Below are positions 8,528 to 17,676 of a DNA stretch of 64,000 bases, piece after piece. The stretch is from contig JBBTRX010000006.1 in NCBI GenBank assembly GCA_038064975.1, positions 10,994 through 74,993 on the forward strand. The letters run 5' to 3'. This DNA comes from Patescibacteria group bacterium (GTDB taxonomy: Bacteria > Patescibacteriota > Minisyncoccia > UBA6257 > 1-14-0-10-40-38). The notes beneath the pieces were generated by a model that was given only the letters and a program-made list of their open reading frames with translations, did not search any database and was not told the DNA's origin. The position numbers and the translations under genes are program-made. Position 1 is the first letter of the stretch. Every line of letters begins with the position of its first letter.

Positions 8528-9244
8528 GTGAAAATCAACGTCATACCGCTAGACATGACAGGAGAAGTGGAACTTCCGGAAGTCTGGAGGCAGCTCCAAG
8601 ATCGGGGATTCCATGCGGATCTCTTGGATCGCGCAGACCGATTCGCACGACTTGGAGAACGAGATGGCTTCAGAGAGCAAGCGCAAGAAGTTCTTCGCAT
8701 CACCGGGGAAGGGTTTTTGAAGCCCTTCAATTCCGCCGATTTCGCCCCGCTTGCCGATGATCCGCATTACGTCTTAAAGACCAATGTGCTCGCGGCTCTC
8801 CAAAAGCTCTCGTACGATTTTAGCAATCGCGTACCCTCTTCTGTATGGAATTCTCTTGCGTGTCTTATGACGCGAGAAAACCCAACGGAAGAAGCTTCCA
8901 TTCTCTCCCAGCAAGATCGCTTGCCGATTGACTGGTGGTACGTGGATGCTGTGCTTCATGCGCTTGGAAAACCGCATGCACTCTTTCTCCATGTGCAGTC
9001 ACGCATCTTCCAAGAAAGCGGCATGTTCTTTGATCACAACTGCGACTGCGAACACAGTTTGCAGAAACCGATCGAAGGAGGAATGCTTCGCTACAGTCTT
9101 CCGAAGGAGAACATCCGCAAGGCGACAGCAGCTCTTTTGTCTCACCTGCTTTCGGAGTCAGTGCTCATCCTGGTAGACAAGCTTCCGTTTGCGATGGGAC
9201 TTTCTCCCGAAACCAATGAAGTGATGGCGCTTGAGGGCGCCTGA
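8528..9244 (+). CDS. Hypothetical protein (GTG start, GC-elevated, no recognisable domain)
   Basis: 238-aa ORF with AAGGAG 9 nt upstream of the GTG. Composition visibly richer in G+C than its flanks. Confidence 0.5.
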   Translation: MKINVIPLDMTGEVELPEVWRQLQDRGFHADLLDRADRFARLGERDGFREQAQEVLRITGEGFLKPFNSADFAPLADDPHYVLKTNVLAALQKLSYDFSNRVPSSVWNSLACLMTRENPTEEASILSQQDRLPIDWWYVDAVLHALGKPHALFLHVQSRIFQESGMFFDHNCDCEHSLQKPIEGGMLRYSLPKENIRKATAALLSHLLSESVLILVDKLPFAMGLSPETNEVMALEGA

Positions 9245-9352
9245 ACTCCCAATTCACTCCAGCGTGCGAGCTTTCACGCTTGCACTCTGGAGTACTTTTA
9301 AAAAACTTTCGAATATTCATTCATATAAAAATATAATATATCTTACAGAACT

Positions 9353-9745
9353 ATGATCTGGTCCAATTTTTTCATGACAAGTATTGTTGTTGCTGGAACC
9401 GCGGTTCTTTGGCGTAGTTTACTGAATAATTCAGCATGGCTTCGCAATGCTGTAAAAAATATTCTTCCAGGAAAAATTGCGAAAGCAGTAACCTGCGGAC
9501 TTTGCTTCACATATTGGCTTGCCCTCTTCGCTGTCATTATTTCCGATCCGCTTCGGGGATGGGTTCCGCCATGGCGCTTTGCTATGGCCGTGGAATTAGA
9601 AAGTTTATTGAGTTTTATGACCTCGTGGATGGCGATTGGATTTGGAGCAGTCGCATTAAGATTTGTCTACGTCGTTATTCAAGAATCAGTTAATTACTTT
9701 ACTCATACGCTTAATGCTTCTCACGGAAAAACACACGAACACTAA
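9353..9745 (+). CDS. DUF1360-like small membrane protein
   Basis: TM helices with the CGLCFTYW (CxxC...W) motif characteristic of DUF1360. Confidence 0.4.
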   Translation: MIWSNFFMTSIVVAGTAVLWRSLLNNSAWLRNAVKNILPGKIAKAVTCGLCFTYWLALFAVIISDPLRGWVPPWRFAMAVELESLLSFMTSWMAIGFGAVALRFVYVVIQESVNYFTHTLNASHGKTHEH

Positions 9746-9790
9746 TTTTTTTGTGAAGCACTGCCTCTATACTCTAACCCCCCCTAGCCC

Positions 9791-10231
9791 CTATCCCAAA
9801 AGTTTAAGCAATTCAAACGGATGGCGGTCTGTTCTGTTGCCGAAGATTGTTTTTGTAATGCGCTTGCGGTCGCTGGTATGAAACGACTTTTGCATGATTC
9901 GCGCGACTTGCTGGGGCGCGCAGAAATATACAGTTTCAGGTTGATGACGCTCCGCGTTGTCATGCAGTGCTTCGGCAAAAAGCTTCATGAATTCCGCACG
10001 GATTTTATCACGGATAGGTTCGCGTACCGCGCCGGAACGAGTAGCACCACGTCCACTGCGTGTCATAAAAAATCCTTCATTATCCGAATAGTGAGGGATT
10101 GGCGTCCGGATAGTTTGCAGTTCTTTGAGTGATCCGTTCTCCGCAAGGTAGAGTTTTCCCGCCCGTTCACCGGTAACGGCGATAAGAACACGTTTATTTT
10201 TAAATTGTGGAAGTTCTCGTTGTATTTTCAT
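9791..10231 (-). CDS. Host-attachment/baeRF-like (eRF1-fold) protein, tentative
   Basis: About 146 aa with N-terminal VLIAVTGERAGKLY and C-terminal VYFCAPQQVARIM...ELLKLL, resembling the host_attach (PF10116) pattern. Weak. Confidence 0.35.
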   Translation of the reverse strand: MKIQRELPQFKNKRVLIAVTGERAGKLYLAENGSLKELQTIRTPIPHYSDNEGFFMTRSGRGATRSGAVREPIRDKIRAEFMKLFAEALHDNAERHQPETVYFCAPQQVARIMQKSFHTSDRKRITKTIFGNRTDRHPFELLKLLG

Positions 10232-10375
10232 ATATAGTGGTGCATCTATAACACCAGTCGTGGCATATAAATTTCTTAAACGGGCTTTCCTGGCTTTTAA
10301 ATTCTGTTCTGTTGTTAGTTATAAGTTCTAAGTTGTCAGTTTCTGTATTTTGGCTTTTCTGCTACGATATCGGAA

Positions 10376-11644
10376 ATGTTGAAAGACACGCTATGGGATG
10401 TAATCGTGATCGGGGGAGGGCCCTCCGGCATGATGGCCGCCGGTACTGCCGCGGAAAAGGGAGCAAAAGTACTTCTTATTGAAAAGAACGCGACGCTCGG
10501 CAAAAAACTGCTTATCACGGGCGGGGGTAGGTGCAATGTTACAAATTCCGAATTTGATACCCGAAAATTCTTGGCAAAGTTTAAAGACGATGGGAAATTC
10601 CTTTTCTCTGCATTTGCGCGGTGGAGCGTGAAGGAAACGCTGGATTTTTTTCATGTCCGAGGCATGGCTACAAAAGTAGAAAATGAACTACGTACGTTTC
10701 CTGTTTCTAATGCTGCTAAGTCAGTATTTGATACGCTCGTAAAATATATCCAAAAACATAACGTAACGGTGCTTTCTAATGCGAGCGTTGTTGAAATAGC
10801 GCGCGAAAGCAACGTGCTTGTTGGCGTAAAACTAAAGAATAAAAAAGTGATTAAAGGTAAATCGCTCATTATGGCGACGGGTGGAACGTCGCGTCCGGAA
10901 ACTGGCTCCACGGGCGATGGCTACAAATGGCTGAAAAAAATCGGTCATACCGTTATTGAACCGACTCCTTCCCTCGTTCCCGTGGCGATCAAAGACGCGT
11001 GGGTAAAAAGATTGGCTGGAGTAAGTCTCTCGGATATTAAGATTACGATTCTCCAAAACGGCGAGAAGCAGGGTATGACAAAGGGGAAGATACTGTTTAC
11101 TCACGTCGGCGTGAGCGGTCCCACGATACTTAATATGAGCAAAGATATCGGCGAACTGTTGCGTTATGGCGATGTCGTTCTCTCTCTTGATATATTGCCC
11201 GCGTACGATCATGGAAAGTTGAATACTAAACTCCAGGAATTATTCAAAGAACATGATAAGAAGAAATTCAGAAACGCGCTCGCCACGCTTATTCCACCCG
11301 GCATTGCATCCGTCATTGCGGAACTTTCGGACATTAATAAAGAAGTCGCGTGCAATAGCGTTACTCGCGAAGATCGATTAAAACTCGTAACACTCTTAAA
11401 AAATGTCCCGCTTAACGTACACAAGCTTCTTGGTGTTGAAAAGGCAGTTATCACGAGCGGCGGAGTGGTTCTAGAAGAAATAGATTTCAAAACCATGCGT
11501 TCCCGACTCTTCTCTAATCTCTATATTATCGGCGACTTATTAAACATTGATCGTCCGTCGGGCGGCTATAGTCTCCAACTCTGCTGGACGACCGGATTTA
11601 TTGCAGGAGCAACAGCCGCGGAGCAAGTAGGGTATACTGCATAA
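10376..11644 (+). CDS. HI0933/BaiN-like NAD(P)/FAD-dependent oxidoreductase
   Basis: DVIVIGGGPSGMMAA Rossmann dinucleotide motif, GGGRCNVTN and a C-terminal GG...GY pattern typical of the HI0933 (aminoacetone oxidase-like) family. Confidence 0.85.
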   Translation: MLKDTLWDVIVIGGGPSGMMAAGTAAEKGAKVLLIEKNATLGKKLLITGGGRCNVTNSEFDTRKFLAKFKDDGKFLFSAFARWSVKETLDFFHVRGMATKVENELRTFPVSNAAKSVFDTLVKYIQKHNVTVLSNASVVEIARESNVLVGVKLKNKKVIKGKSLIMATGGTSRPETGSTGDGYKWLKKIGHTVIEPTPSLVPVAIKDAWVKRLAGVSLSDIKITILQNGEKQGMTKGKILFTHVGVSGPTILNMSKDIGELLRYGDVVLSLDILPAYDHGKLNTKLQELFKEHDKKKFRNALATLIPPGIASVIAELSDINKEVACNSVTREDRLKLVTLLKNVPLNVHKLLGVEKAVITSGGVVLEEIDFKTMRSRLFSNLYIIGDLLNIDRPSGGYSLQLCWTTGFIAGATAAEQVGYTA

Positions 11645-11649
11645 TATAT

Positions 11650-11832
11650 ATGGAAGAACCAATATTTCCCATACGGATTAACAAGTTTCTGGCGCTTCGA
11701 AGAAACTGCACGCGGAGAGCCGCCGATGAATTGGTGTCTAAAAAACAAGTTTTTATCAACGGCAGACTTGCGGTGCTTGGGGACAAAGTACAAGCAGGGG
11801 ATAAGGTAGAAGTGCGCTATCGACGGAAGTAG
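11650..11832 (+). CDS. S4-domain RNA-binding protein
   Basis: 60 aa: INKFLALRR...VFINGRLAV...GDKVEV is the canonical S4 fold signature. Confidence 0.65.
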   Translation: MEEPIFPIRINKFLALRRNCTRRAADELVSKKQVFINGRLAVLGDKVQAGDKVEVRYRRK

Positions 11833-11854
11833 GGCGAGTGTTTTTATAGTCATT

Positions 11855-11886
11855 ACATTCCAACATTCTGCAGAATGTTGGAATGT
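11855..11886. repeat. Perfect 32-bp palindrome ACATTCCAACATTCTGCAGAATGTTGGAATGT (copy 1)
   Basis: Self-complementary with a central CTGCAG. The same sequence recurs at 13749-13780. Confidence 0.9.
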
Positions 11887-12016
11887 TGTAGTTATCAAAG
11901 TGAGTATAGGAAGTATTGTAATTTATATGCATATATGATATAATAAAGGAAGTTTCCAGCTTGGAAACCCGTTCTCCCGACGGTATTGGGAAAAGCACTT
12001 TCACAAGGATACTGCT

Positions 12017-12814
12017 ATGACTCGTTCGAAAGTCATGGTCGCGGACTCGAGCATTTCGGCTCCGCAGATGATGGATTTCTGGCGTAAGATCGGCGATGGA
12101 TCAATCGATGGCATTCGGCTCCAACGCTTCCTTCATAATCCCTCTTGGGATAGTGATAAGACGGAAGTCACGCTCGCGCGAGCGATTAACATACTCGGCG
12201 AGCAAAAAATCGTCAGCATCGATCTGGCGGCAAAAGCTCGAAAAATTGGAGTGGGATTTATTGCGGAATTCTATAATCGTAGGATTCGTTACTCTGAGAT
12301 GACACTTCGTGAGTGTGCTGAACAGAATCGCGATGGCGACGCCGACTGGCGTCTCACCTACTGTTTCGGCTTCTCGCTTCGCGAGCTTCGGGATCAGATC
12401 GGAACGGATCCGAAGAGCCAGCCTTGCTGTTACAGCAATGATTGGTGGTTGAAGAAACAAGAGGACGAGTGGGCAACGGCAAAACCCGAAACCGGCTACT
12501 ACCTCGTTGACTTCAACGGCCGCTTCGCGAGGACCTCTTGGAATAACCAAGAACGGGAAATCGCAAAGCTCGGTGGTCAGTTCTTCCGGACTCCGGAAGC
12601 GGTGATCGCCGAAGCCATCACGACGATCTTCCAAGTTCACAAAGAACGCTTGCTGGAAGAGTGGTACCATTGGGGTTCCTCTCTTGGCTCGGGCGGCGGC
12701 CGCGTGTTCGTCGGTCTCTTCGTTCAGAAGGGATGGGACCTCTACGGCGGTCTTCCTGACTACGACAGCGACGGCGACCTGCGTGTCTGTATCGCCCAGA
12801 AGTTCCAGAGCTGA
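12017..12814 (+). CDS. Hypothetical protein (GC-rich, no recognisable domain)
   Basis: 265-aa ORF with a TTGTAA-17-TATAAT promoter and AAGGA RBS upstream and a GC-hairpin terminator at 12844-12885. G+C clearly above flanks. Confidence 0.5.
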   Translation: MTRSKVMVADSSISAPQMMDFWRKIGDGSIDGIRLQRFLHNPSWDSDKTEVTLARAINILGEQKIVSIDLAAKARKIGVGFIAEFYNRRIRYSEMTLRECAEQNRDGDADWRLTYCFGFSLRELRDQIGTDPKSQPCCYSNDWWLKKQEDEWATAKPETGYYLVDFNGRFARTSWNNQEREIAKLGGQFFRTPEAVIAEAITTIFQVHKERLLEEWYHWGSSLGSGGGRVFVGLFVQKGWDLYGGLPDYDSDGDLRVCIAQKFQS

Positions 12815-12843
12815 ACGTTAACAAAACGAGTCTGTAAAAACAT

Positions 12844-12885
12844 CGGCCGTAGAGGGAGACCTCTGCGGCCGCTTTTAATTTTTTA
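12844..12885 (+). terminator. Intrinsic terminator (GC-rich hairpin plus T-run)
   Basis: CGGCCGTAGAGGG...CTCTGCGGCCG followed by CTTTTAATTTTTT. Confidence 0.55.
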
Positions 12886-13016
12886 ACGAAGCTCCGACGT
12901 TTTGATCGGAGTACTAAAAAATGAAAATAGTATTAAAATAAGGGATTTTTTAGTGAAATTTTCATGAACTTCATAGGAAATTTACAAAACTTTTCTTCTG
13001 GGTATACTTAGTTCGC

Positions 13017-13733
13017 ATGCCGAGTTTTATAAAATTTACTATCGCAATTGAAATAGCAGTTATAGTGCTGGCGTATCCCGCGAGCGCCGCTATTCCTCCG
13101 AATATTCTTATACTAGAAAAATTCGCATCAGTTCCTATTGTTACACCTCTCTCCGTATCGGAAGATATATTAAATGACGAATTAGAAACTGTAATTGAGA
13201 ATGCACCGGAAATCACGACGAATGTGAACGTTGATGTGGAGCCAAAAAAAATAGTAGAACCGGAGAAACCGGCGCCAGCCCCAAAGAAAATCTTTTCTAT
13301 TGATCAAAGCCGTCTCATTATCCCTACCATTTCACTAGATAAGCCGATTGCTCCTGTTGGTCTTACCCCTGAAGGAGATATGGATGTATTGGATGATCCG
13401 AGTCGCGTAGGGTGGTTTAACGGCCGTGCCCTGCCGGGCGAAGTGGGAAGCGCGGTCATTGGTGCGCACGTGTACCAGGCATTCGCGAATTTAAAAAAAC
13501 TCAAAGTAGGGGATGAAATATATGTTAAGCAGGCAGACGGCTCACAACTGCGTTTTGAAGTAGAGGAAATTGCCGTGATCCCTTACACGGATACTACCCA
13601 TCTTCCAAAGATTTTTAATCGTACCGATGGATTGTATCTGAACCTTATTACCTGCCACGGCGAACCCGTTCCCGGTAAGTCTACATACACGCACCGCCTT
13701 GTCGTCTACACTAAACTCGTAGCAACGACGTAA
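13017..13733 (+). CDS. Sortase family transpeptidase (class E/F-like), N-terminal TM anchor
   Basis: Catalytic His (VIGAHV), the TLxTC motif (LITCHG) and a downstream Arg (HRLV). Long Pro/Lys-rich linker after the TM. Confidence 0.8.
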   Translation: MPSFIKFTIAIEIAVIVLAYPASAAIPPNILILEKFASVPIVTPLSVSEDILNDELETVIENAPEITTNVNVDVEPKKIVEPEKPAPAPKKIFSIDQSRLIIPTISLDKPIAPVGLTPEGDMDVLDDPSRVGWFNGRALPGEVGSAVIGAHVYQAFANLKKLKVGDEIYVKQADGSQLRFEVEEIAVIPYTDTTHLPKIFNRTDGLYLNLITCHGEPVPGKSTYTHRLVVYTKLVATT

Positions 13734-13745
13734 AGAAATCTTACA

Positions 13746-13783
13746 CAACATTCCAACATTCTGCAGAATGTTGGAATGTTGTA
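13746..13783. repeat. Perfect 38-bp palindrome (copy 2; contains the same 32-bp core as 11855-11886)
   Basis: ACAACATTCCAACATTCTGCAGAATGTTGGAATGTTGT, immediately after the sortase stop codon. Confidence 0.9.
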
Positions 13784-13878
13784 ATTACTTGATTAGAAAA
13801 TCCAATTGATCTTCTGGGACTCCGATTGACTTGCCGTGCTTGGCGACGGAGAATAAAAATCTCTAATGTTTCTTGGTT

Positions 13879-14958
13879 TTATCCGAACGTAAATGCAAAT
13901 AGTAACGTGCCGGAATCCAAAACACGGAGTTCTAGCGTATGCTCACCAGGTTCGGTATTGCGGATGAGTTTATAAAGCTTACTCTCTTGTATCACTACTA
14001 TTCCATTGTCGTTTACATCAACTCCCGCTTCTCCGGTAACGCGCTTGCCATCTTGCAAGACTTCAATTTCCACCGGCTTATCCGAACTCGCGACGATATA
14101 GACTTCCTTAGCGTTGTATTTGTATACAACCATTGCGTCTTGGATGGATTCCGCATGCTCGCCAGTGATATTCCATATCCCGCCGAGATAGAGCGTGTTA
14201 GGAGAAGGTTTCTCCGGTATTATAAAAGTTTGCTTTCCAGATTTTCCCTGCTGTCCGTTACCGAGATATTCGTTTCGCAATGAACCGAAATACGTTTCCG
14301 GGCTTTTGGCGGCTGTAGTCTCACTCGTGATAGTTGAAGAGACGAGATTATTTTCGGACAATACCATTTCACTCTCATCCAGTACTTGGGCGCGTTCGGC
14401 AAGGAGCTCCCTGATTTTCATCTCCGTTTCTTCGTACGCTCCTTCGCCGATGTGGTCATAGACGATATTGCCGTAAATATCTATCAGATATTTTCTTGGC
14501 CAAAAACGATTACCATAGGCATTCCACGTACCATAGTCATTGTCTAGAACTACGGGATAGGTAATGCCGAATTCCTGCATTGCGTTTTCAACATTCTCTT
14601 TATTTTTTTCAAACGCAAATTCTGGCGTGTGGATACCGATAATAATCAACCCCTGGTCTTTGTACCGTTCGTACCACGAAGTCACATATGGGAACGTGCG
14701 CTGGCAATTGATGCAGGAATACGTCATGACATCCAAAAGAATAACTTTTTCGCCGATATAGTCCGCAATGGTAATAGGGAGATCGTTTGTATTCACAAAT
14801 CCTGAAGGGTTAACGATCTCTTTGTAGGGAATACCTTCCGGTACTCCTGATGCATTACGCGGAGTAATGTCGGGATTTTGAGGAGATGCAAAAAGCACGG
14901 CAACTCCGACGCCGACAAGAATAAGGATAGTAATGCCAAGATGATATTCTTTCCTCAT
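13879..14958 (-). CDS. TlpA/ResA-like thiol-disulfide oxidoreductase with long C-terminal extension
   Basis: Signal-anchor, then a thioredoxin fold with CINC (CxxC) in the redoxin context (VILLDVMTYSCINCQRTFP). About 180 extra C-terminal residues of unknown fold. Confidence 0.75.
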   Translation of the reverse strand: MRKEYHLGITILILVGVGVAVLFASPQNPDITPRNASGVPEGIPYKEIVNPSGFVNTNDLPITIADYIGEKVILLDVMTYSCINCQRTFPYVTSWYERYKDQGLIIIGIHTPEFAFEKNKENVENAMQEFGITYPVVLDNDYGTWNAYGNRFWPRKYLIDIYGNIVYDHIGEGAYEETEMKIRELLAERAQVLDESEMVLSENNLVSSTITSETTAAKSPETYFGSLRNEYLGNGQQGKSGKQTFIIPEKPSPNTLYLGGIWNITGEHAESIQDAMVVYKYNAKEVYIVASSDKPVEIEVLQDGKRVTGEAGVDVNDNGIVVIQESKLYKLIRNTEPGEHTLELRVLDSGTLLFAFTFG

Positions 14959-14959
14959 A

Positions 14960-15685
14960 TTATTTTACGCGCTCAAGGAGAATGTTTTCTATCTTCGTGA
15001 TGTCAAAATAGCCGCTATCAAGAATTGCCGTTTCCAGCTTTTTTTCATATCCCAAGGCAATCAAGAGCCCGAGAACGATAAAAAGAATGCCGATGCCGCG
15101 TTTGAATTTACTTTTAGGATCAGAAAATCCCGAGAGTTTACTTGCAAACCGTTCGCCAAGAAGAGCGATAAAAAGCAGTATAAGAGACAAGCCAAGCGTG
15201 TATGCTAGTAAGTACGTTGTTCCTAAGAAAAAACTTGCTGGAAGCACCGATGCGAGAATCACAAAATACGTGGGCGAGCATGTAGAGAAGATAGGACCAA
15301 GTGCGGCGCCGATAACGATATCTCCCCAGATGCTTTTCTTTTCGTAGCCGGAGCCTAAAAGCTTATTAGAACCAATAGAGAGTTTTGCTATGCCAGGAAT
15401 CTTGCTCCAAAGGTCGGGGAAGAGGAGCGTGATTCCGAAGAGGAATAAAATACCTCCAGAAATGTACGTCCATACTTCCGGCGAAACCATAATGAATGCC
15501 GTTGAAGCTTTGAGAGCGTAGGTAAAAAGAATAATAGAAACAGCAAGAGAGCCGACGACGATGTATGGCGTTGCCTTACTTCTACCGGACGCGGAAGAAC
15601 CGACGACCACCGGAAGAAGCGGTAAAATACACGGTGCGAGAACGGTCAGTACTCCCGCGATAAACGAAACGGCGAGGAACGTCAT
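14960..15685 (-). CDS. ccdA: Cytochrome c-type biogenesis/thiol-disulfide transporter CcdA (DsbD transmembrane domain family)
   Basis: Six TM helices with conserved Cys in TM1 (LAPCILPLLP) and TM4 (FSTCSPTY), typical of CcdA/DsbD_2. Confidence 0.8.
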   Translation of the reverse strand: MTFLAVSFIAGVLTVLAPCILPLLPVVVGSSASGRSKATPYIVVGSLAVSIILFTYALKASTAFIMVSPEVWTYISGGILFLFGITLLFPDLWSKIPGIAKLSIGSNKLLGSGYEKKSIWGDIVIGAALGPIFSTCSPTYFVILASVLPASFFLGTTYLLAYTLGLSLILLFIALLGERFASKLSGFSDPKSKFKRGIGILFIVLGLLIALGYEKKLETAILDSGYFDITKIENILLERVK

Positions 15686-15687
15686 AC

Positions 15688-16305
15688 TTATTTAATATTT
15701 GAGATAAGGGCGGCAAGGGTTGGGGAGCCAGTCCATTTTGTTATCTGGTTTCCCAAAGAGTCCACTTGTACAAGCGTGTGCTGATAAGTAACACCATATT
15801 TCTGTTTGAGCGCGGTTGAGTTGTCATAATTTACGTCAAGGATAGTCACTCCTTCGGGAATGGCGTTCAAGTTTGATTTGATATCCGCATCAAGTGTGCG
15901 GCATGTTGGGCACCATGACGCCCGGAAGAAAAGTACTACCTTGCCTTTGTCCGCGAGAGCGAGCTTCTCTGGGCTGTATGCTTCGTATGATCCTTTTTTT
16001 GCCATCATTACATCTCCCTTGTCCATCACTTCCGTATCTTTATTCTCCATCATTACGTCCCCTTCTTTTTCCATAACGTTGCTGTCAGTTTTTTCCATCA
16101 TCGCGCTATCTTCTGTGGCTGTATCGGGCGTAAGCCAGCTATATGAGCCGATACCAACGACCGCGAGCACGATAACTACTATAAGAATTGATTTTGTACT
16201 GTTCATAATTTTTTTAAATAATATTGCTAATACCTGTAAGTATATAACAACAAAAAACAATGTAAAGTCTGCTTTACATTCCTGTGGATATCTTTCAAAC
16301 GTCAA
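15688..16305 (-). CDS. Thioredoxin-like protein (WCPTC) with Met-rich N-terminal repeats; start codon uncertain (internal Met MNSTK plausible)
   Basis: FFRASWCPTCR thioredoxin active site. Preceded by the MxxM-rich segment VMEKEGDVMMENKDTEVMDKGDVMMAKKG and a TM anchor. Confidence 0.7.
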   Translation of the reverse strand: MTFERYPQECKADFTLFFVVIYLQVLAILFKKIMNSTKSILIVVIVLAVVGIGSYSWLTPDTATEDSAMMEKTDSNVMEKEGDVMMENKDTEVMDKGDVMMAKKGSYEAYSPEKLALADKGKVVLFFRASWCPTCRTLDADIKSNLNAIPEGVTILDVNYDNSTALKQKYGVTYQHTLVQVDSLGNQITKWTGSPTLAALISNIK

Positions 16306-16308
16306 CGT

Positions 16309-16671
16309 TTACTGATACCGCTCAAAATAGATGCGTGCGATTAATTTTGAGACGACCATAACCACGAGTGCGATCGGGATCCACGGGTCAATAGCGTGCG
16401 AAAATCCTTGCATAACAAACGCAATCGTAAGGACAGCAAGGCCGGAAAGGTAAGCAATTCTCCCAGCGTTCATTCTGTGGATCATTTCTCGTTCGTCCCC
16501 TGATCGTTCTTTAATAACAAATCCAGCTAACACGCACATTACTGTAGCAACGCCGAGTAGTGCGAGCGTAACCGCAAGCGGAGGCATCCAGAGCATAAAT
16601 GGGTCTGAGAGGAGGATAAGAAGCACGACGAGCACAAGGACTATGACAATATGTAGAATATTATTCTTCAT
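16309..16671 (-). CDS. Small 4-TM membrane protein, partner of the upstream XRE regulator
   Basis: Hydrophobic 120-aa ORF whose start overlaps the XRE gene's stop by 4 nt. Confidence 0.5.
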   Translation of the reverse strand: MKNNILHIVIVLVLVVLLILLSDPFMLWMPPLAVTLALLGVATVMCVLAGFVIKERSGDEREMIHRMNAGRIAYLSGLAVLTIAFVMQGFSHAIDPWIPIALVVMVVSKLIARIYFERYQ

Positions 16672-16874
16672 TGCGTAAGATGGAATATGTCTTCCACGGG
16701 ACGTTTAAAAATATCCGCGATTTTAAGCGCAAGCAAAACCGAAGGGGTATAGTTTCCCTTTTCTATCGCGATAATCGTTTGACGACTCACGCCGACTTTT
16801 TGAGCGAAATCTTCTTGAGTTAATCCCTGTTTGTTCCTCAAAAGATAAACGTTATTTGCAACGGATTTTTTCAT
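16668..16874 (-). CDS. XRE-family helix-turn-helix transcriptional regulator
   Basis: LRNKQGLTQEDFAQKVGVSRQTIIAIEKG is the canonical Cro/C1-type HTH. Confidence 0.85.
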   Translation of the reverse strand: MKKSVANNVYLLRNKQGLTQEDFAQKVGVSRQTIIAIEKGNYTPSVLLALKIADIFKRPVEDIFHLTQ

Positions 16875-16930
16875 TGTCTCATTTTGCGGGAGCGCTCATT
16901 TTTTATGTTCGCTCTGCAAGCACATAGTAA

Positions 16931-16960
16931 ACCCGACTTTACCACAAAGGCAAGTCGGGG
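16931..16960. repeat. Hairpin element CCCGACTT-TACCACAAAGGC-AAGTCGGG (copy 1 of 2)
   Basis: 8-bp inverted repeat. A close copy occurs at 17419-17444. Confidence 0.7.
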
Positions 16961-17108
16961 ATTTGATGTAAGATAATTCTTCAACGCATGTTCAGGATAC
17001 TTTTCTGCAAGCACAAAAAAACCGCCGCATCCCAGGTAGGGATAGGACGGTCGTGGAAACCAATTGAGACGAATGAAATGTTCGTTGGTCGTGATGTAAT
17101 TGCAGATT

Positions 17109-17345
17109 CTATTTTTGTGTGACGACTTCCAATTCTGAACCATCATAACTTCCTATCGTTCCATTGGGGTGTCGGACGAAATAGAAAAGGCCATGTGCGG
17201 TGTGGTAGCCAATAGTACGCCCTTCAATATTCCATTCACGGGTTTGCCAACCTTCTTCTGTCCATTCTTCGCGGAGAGCAATATTTGGCTTGGTTGTTCT
17301 CACGAGCGATCCGGTAGGAATCGGCGGAAATCTTTCTTCGGTCAT
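17109..17345 (-). CDS. Hypothetical small protein
   Basis: 78-aa ORF between two copies of a hairpin repeat. No recognisable motif. Confidence 0.3.
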   Translation of the reverse strand: MTEERFPPIPTGSLVRTTKPNIALREEWTEEGWQTREWNIEGRTIGYHTAHGLFYFVRHPNGTIGSYDGSELEVVTQK

Positions 17346-17418
17346 CGAATCCTCCTTGTGACTTAGATGGAAAAGAACACTAAATTATAAAATACACTAT
17401 TTCGATCGGTGCGGGCAA

Positions 17419-17444
17419 CCGACTTACCACAAGGGCAAGTCGGG
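17419..17444. repeat. Hairpin element CCGACTT-ACCACAAGGGC-AAGTCGG (copy 2 of 2)
   Basis: Same orientation as, and near-identical to, the copy at 16931-16960. Confidence 0.7.
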
Positions 17445-17500
17445 TTTAATGTACGTCGAAAGCATACTTGTTTCGACGCGATTTTTACGCTTAAAAATCG

Positions 17501-17516
17501 GCTGCGGGGCAGGGAC
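17501..17516. repeat. 16-nt direct repeat of the tRNA-Gln 3' end (GCTGCGGGGCAGGGAC), att-site-like
   Basis: Exact 16/16 match to 17676-17691, which is the T-stem 3' half plus acceptor 3' strand of the tRNA. Confidence 0.6.
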
Positions 17517-17640
17517 ATCTCACGCGTCACTTCACTCCTTAAAAACCCTCGGTTTTTAACAATTTTCCTACACGGGAGGAATACCTCTCCTCCCGACCCC
17601 TCCTTTCAGTTCGAGTCCTGCCTACAATATAGATACAAAA

Positions 17641-17670
17641 TAAGCCCACTACAGGAGTGGGCTTATTTTG
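17641..17670. terminator. Bidirectional hairpin terminator (AAGCCCACT-ACAGG-AGTGGGCTT plus T-runs)
   Basis: 9-bp perfect stem flanked by A and T runs. Lies 3' of the tRNA-Gln. Confidence 0.55.
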
Positions 17671-17676
17671 TATATG

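Noticed and set aside
16871-17146. 91-aa minus-strand ORF upstream of the XRE gene
   Set aside because: Spans the hairpin repeat and intergenic sequence with no RBS. It would be read through from the XRE promoter region. Judged spurious.
17603-17625. tRNA T-arm-like GTTCGAGTCCTGCC on the plus strand, considered as a second tRNA
   Set aside because: No acceptor stem, D-arm or anticodon arm can be built around it. Interpreted instead as a fragment associated with the att-like scar.
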